A stretch of DNA of 64,000 nucleotides from Amoebophrya sp. A120 (taxonomy: Eukaryota > Protista > Dinoflagellata). Of the stretch, positions 62,070 to 64,000 are shown piece by piece. The position numbers and the translations under genes are program-made. The notes beneath the pieces are model-generated. The model was not told the DNA's origin, did no database searches, and saw nothing but the letters and a program-made list of their open reading frames with translations. How positions within the stretch are numbered: position 1 is the first letter of the stretch; the number at the start of each line of letters is the position of its first letter. The stretch is from contig CAJINV010000008.1 in the NCBI GenBank assembly GCA_905178155.1, forward strand, positions 2,533,762 to 2,597,761, in the 5' to 3' direction.

Positions 62070-64000
62070 TCAGCCGATTTTCTTCCGCCATATGTAGATT
62101 TCTTGCTGCTTGAAATACCTTAAAAATATTTGTATGAACAAGTTGTACACACGATCTTCACCGGGAGTAGCTGTTGTTTGCAACGACATTTTTTGCATCT
62201 TCTTCTTCGTAGTTCATGTTCCCTGATGAAACAACAAATGGAAATGACTCGTCCAAGTCCTGAGAGACAGCTACATATTAACCAGGTTCATTGATTTCTT
62301 GCTGTTGGTAGTGGTACCCCATTCCCATACAAAGGTAAAACATGTTCCTGTTGCACGTATACATGCTGTGCCCCCAGAAAAAAAAGTGACAAACTCCTAT
62401 ACCTCCTATCCTCTTCATCCACCAGCACCAGATTGAGAAAGTATTTCACCGAGAACTTGTTTTGTACGTTTTTGTATGTCGGCTGGAGGTCGACCCCCGA
62501 GAGGTAGAAGCGGACGGGAATGCATTCCCCCCGCACCGGCGCACCGTCCATGATTTCGAACTTGGTCAGCGTTTCGTTGTCGCTGCTCTGGTTCTGCGCA
62601 CCGGACCCCGTGGTTTCGCGCCGGATTATGTTCAGCTCCATGTATCAAATGTAAAAATGTCTGGGTCTGGAAGATTGCCAGGTTTGTCATGCTTGTCTGG
62701 CATGACTCTAAAATATGTCATGCACGTTACCCAAGAGCCCCACTTTGCTGTCATGCAGAAACGCAGTTTTTCATGCAGAATAGCCAACACCTAGAAGCTC
62801 AACAGCTTGTCATGCTGCGCCAGCACTTGTGGCCTCTTCATGACACGCCACCCAGCATCACAAGTTTCCAGACCCAGACATTTTTACATTCGATACCATG
62901 TGCTTGATCTTGATTCGCACCAGCAGAAAGTACACCTTCCCTACCACCACATCCTTCATATGGTACTTGCTTTTATCGTACCTGAGTACAGAAGTAGTGG
63001 GGTGTCAAAACGAGCAGGATCTCGGTGAAAAGAATACTTGCAGGTTGTAACTGTAAGTGTCGGCGTCGGCCACAGCACAGCTACGTGATATGTAATAAAT
63101 AAATTACAGTGAACAAAATCAAAAACCAACTGTGAAGCAACAAAAATAAAAATCATGACAGAGAAGCAAGACACGTTGCAGTAAATACTCAAACTCGATG
63201 TGCAAGCAGTCCTCTATGCCGACCTCCATCTTGATGGTATTGTTGATGTCTGGAACGGTGAAGCTGTTGAGTACAATTTTGCATGTTTTTATGCCGCAGA
63301 TGCAGATGCACAAGGGCATCAGTAAAAACTCGCAACGAAGTTAAAGTAAAGTAAGTTATTTTATCAATACTTTGAATTACAGCTACAAACTAAAGCTAAA
63401 ACTTCATTCAACGTGCACAAACGAAAAACTATACAGGTTCTGCACGACGAGGTCGACTTCCTTGGTGATGTTCGAGCTATAATTCCTGACCACCACCAGC
63501 CGGACGAAGACTATCCACCGCAAAAGTGTCTCGCTCGTTTGGAAAATTAATTGTGATGCGCGGCTGGCATGGGTCTGAATAGATACTACAACTGCGGTGC
63601 ATATTCTTGCAGACATCATGCCGTGTGAAGATGTCGTGTATTGCTGAAAATCTTGAACAAATTGCTACCACCTTCAGATACATCAAAAATTTTCCAGCGA
63701 ATTTATTCTAGCAGAGACACCATGCGTAAAGTAGCGGAGCCGCACATTTATCCCTGAGTAGGTCTCGCACTGCTTTATCAAATGTAAAAATGTCTGGGTC
63801 TGGAAACTTGTGATGCTGTGTGGCGTATCATGAGGAGGCCACAATTGCTGGCTCAGCATGACAAGTTTCTGAGCTTCTAGGTGTTGCCTATTCTGCATGA
63901 CAAACTACGTTTCTGCATGACAGAAAAGCGCAGCTCTTTGGTAATGTGCATGACAGATTTAGGAGTCATGCCAGACAAGCATGACAAACTTGCATTCTTC
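62070..64000 (-). CDS. VPS26: Vacuolar protein sorting 26 (retromer subunit), 5'-partial
   Basis: [90 protein letters not shown]; three GT-AG introns and three TIR introns. Confidence 0.96.
62643..62895. mobile_element. TIR introner, family A
   Basis: Perfect TSD CCATG; removal restores IKHM|ELNIIRRE. Confidence 0.96.
63512..63728. mobile_element. Eroded TIR introner in VPS26
   Basis: TAT...GTA ends; flanks AAGAC/AAGTA; removal restores the conserved RY|FVR. Confidence 0.7.
63776..64000. mobile_element. TIR introner, family A, truncated by the window end
   Basis: Left TIR TATCAAATGTAAAAATGTCTGGGTCTGGAA; body near-identical to 5947-6201. Confidence 0.93.

Noticed and set aside
5947-64000. 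Recurrent short ORFs containing [19 protein letters not shown] or LSKNVPTP
   Set aside because: These are translations of family A and B TIRs, not a protein family.
1-64000. tRNA, rRNA or autonomous transposase/reverse transcriptase genes
   Set aside because: None recognisable by eye; covariance-model and HMM searches would be needed to exclude divergent ones.

Overview
Eukaryotic nuclear DNA, most likely from a syndinian dinoflagellate of the Amoebophrya type. That assignment is an inference from gene co-orientation, intron architecture and alveolate-like housekeeping genes. About 11 protein-coding genes all lie on the minus strand: calmodulin, VPS26 (5'-partial), phosphoacetylglucosamine mutase (PGM3/AGM1), a probable mitochondrial ribosomal protein uS15, an RRM + Sde2/SF3A3-C-like protein, and several hypothetical low-complexity, membrane or secreted proteins, including one reconstructed ~20.5-kb gene. 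The dominant feature is more than 40 non-autonomous terminal-inverted-repeat (TIR) elements of 155-1061 bp, in at least 9 TIR families, inserted in coding sequence. Each has 5'-TAY...RTA-3' ends (eroded in some old copies), a 5-bp target-site duplication (TSD), an A-tract at about TIR positions 11-15 and, usually, internal GCAT(G/C)ACA motifs. Removing an element plus one TSD copy restores the reading frame and conserved protein motifs, although most cannot be GT-AG introns. They therefore behave as transposon-derived non-canonical introns (introners), ranging from pristine to heavily eroded, and include one nested insertion and two ~1-kb forms. No transposase ORF is recognisable in the window. 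All exon joins were reconstructed by hand and are unconfirmed by transcript data.
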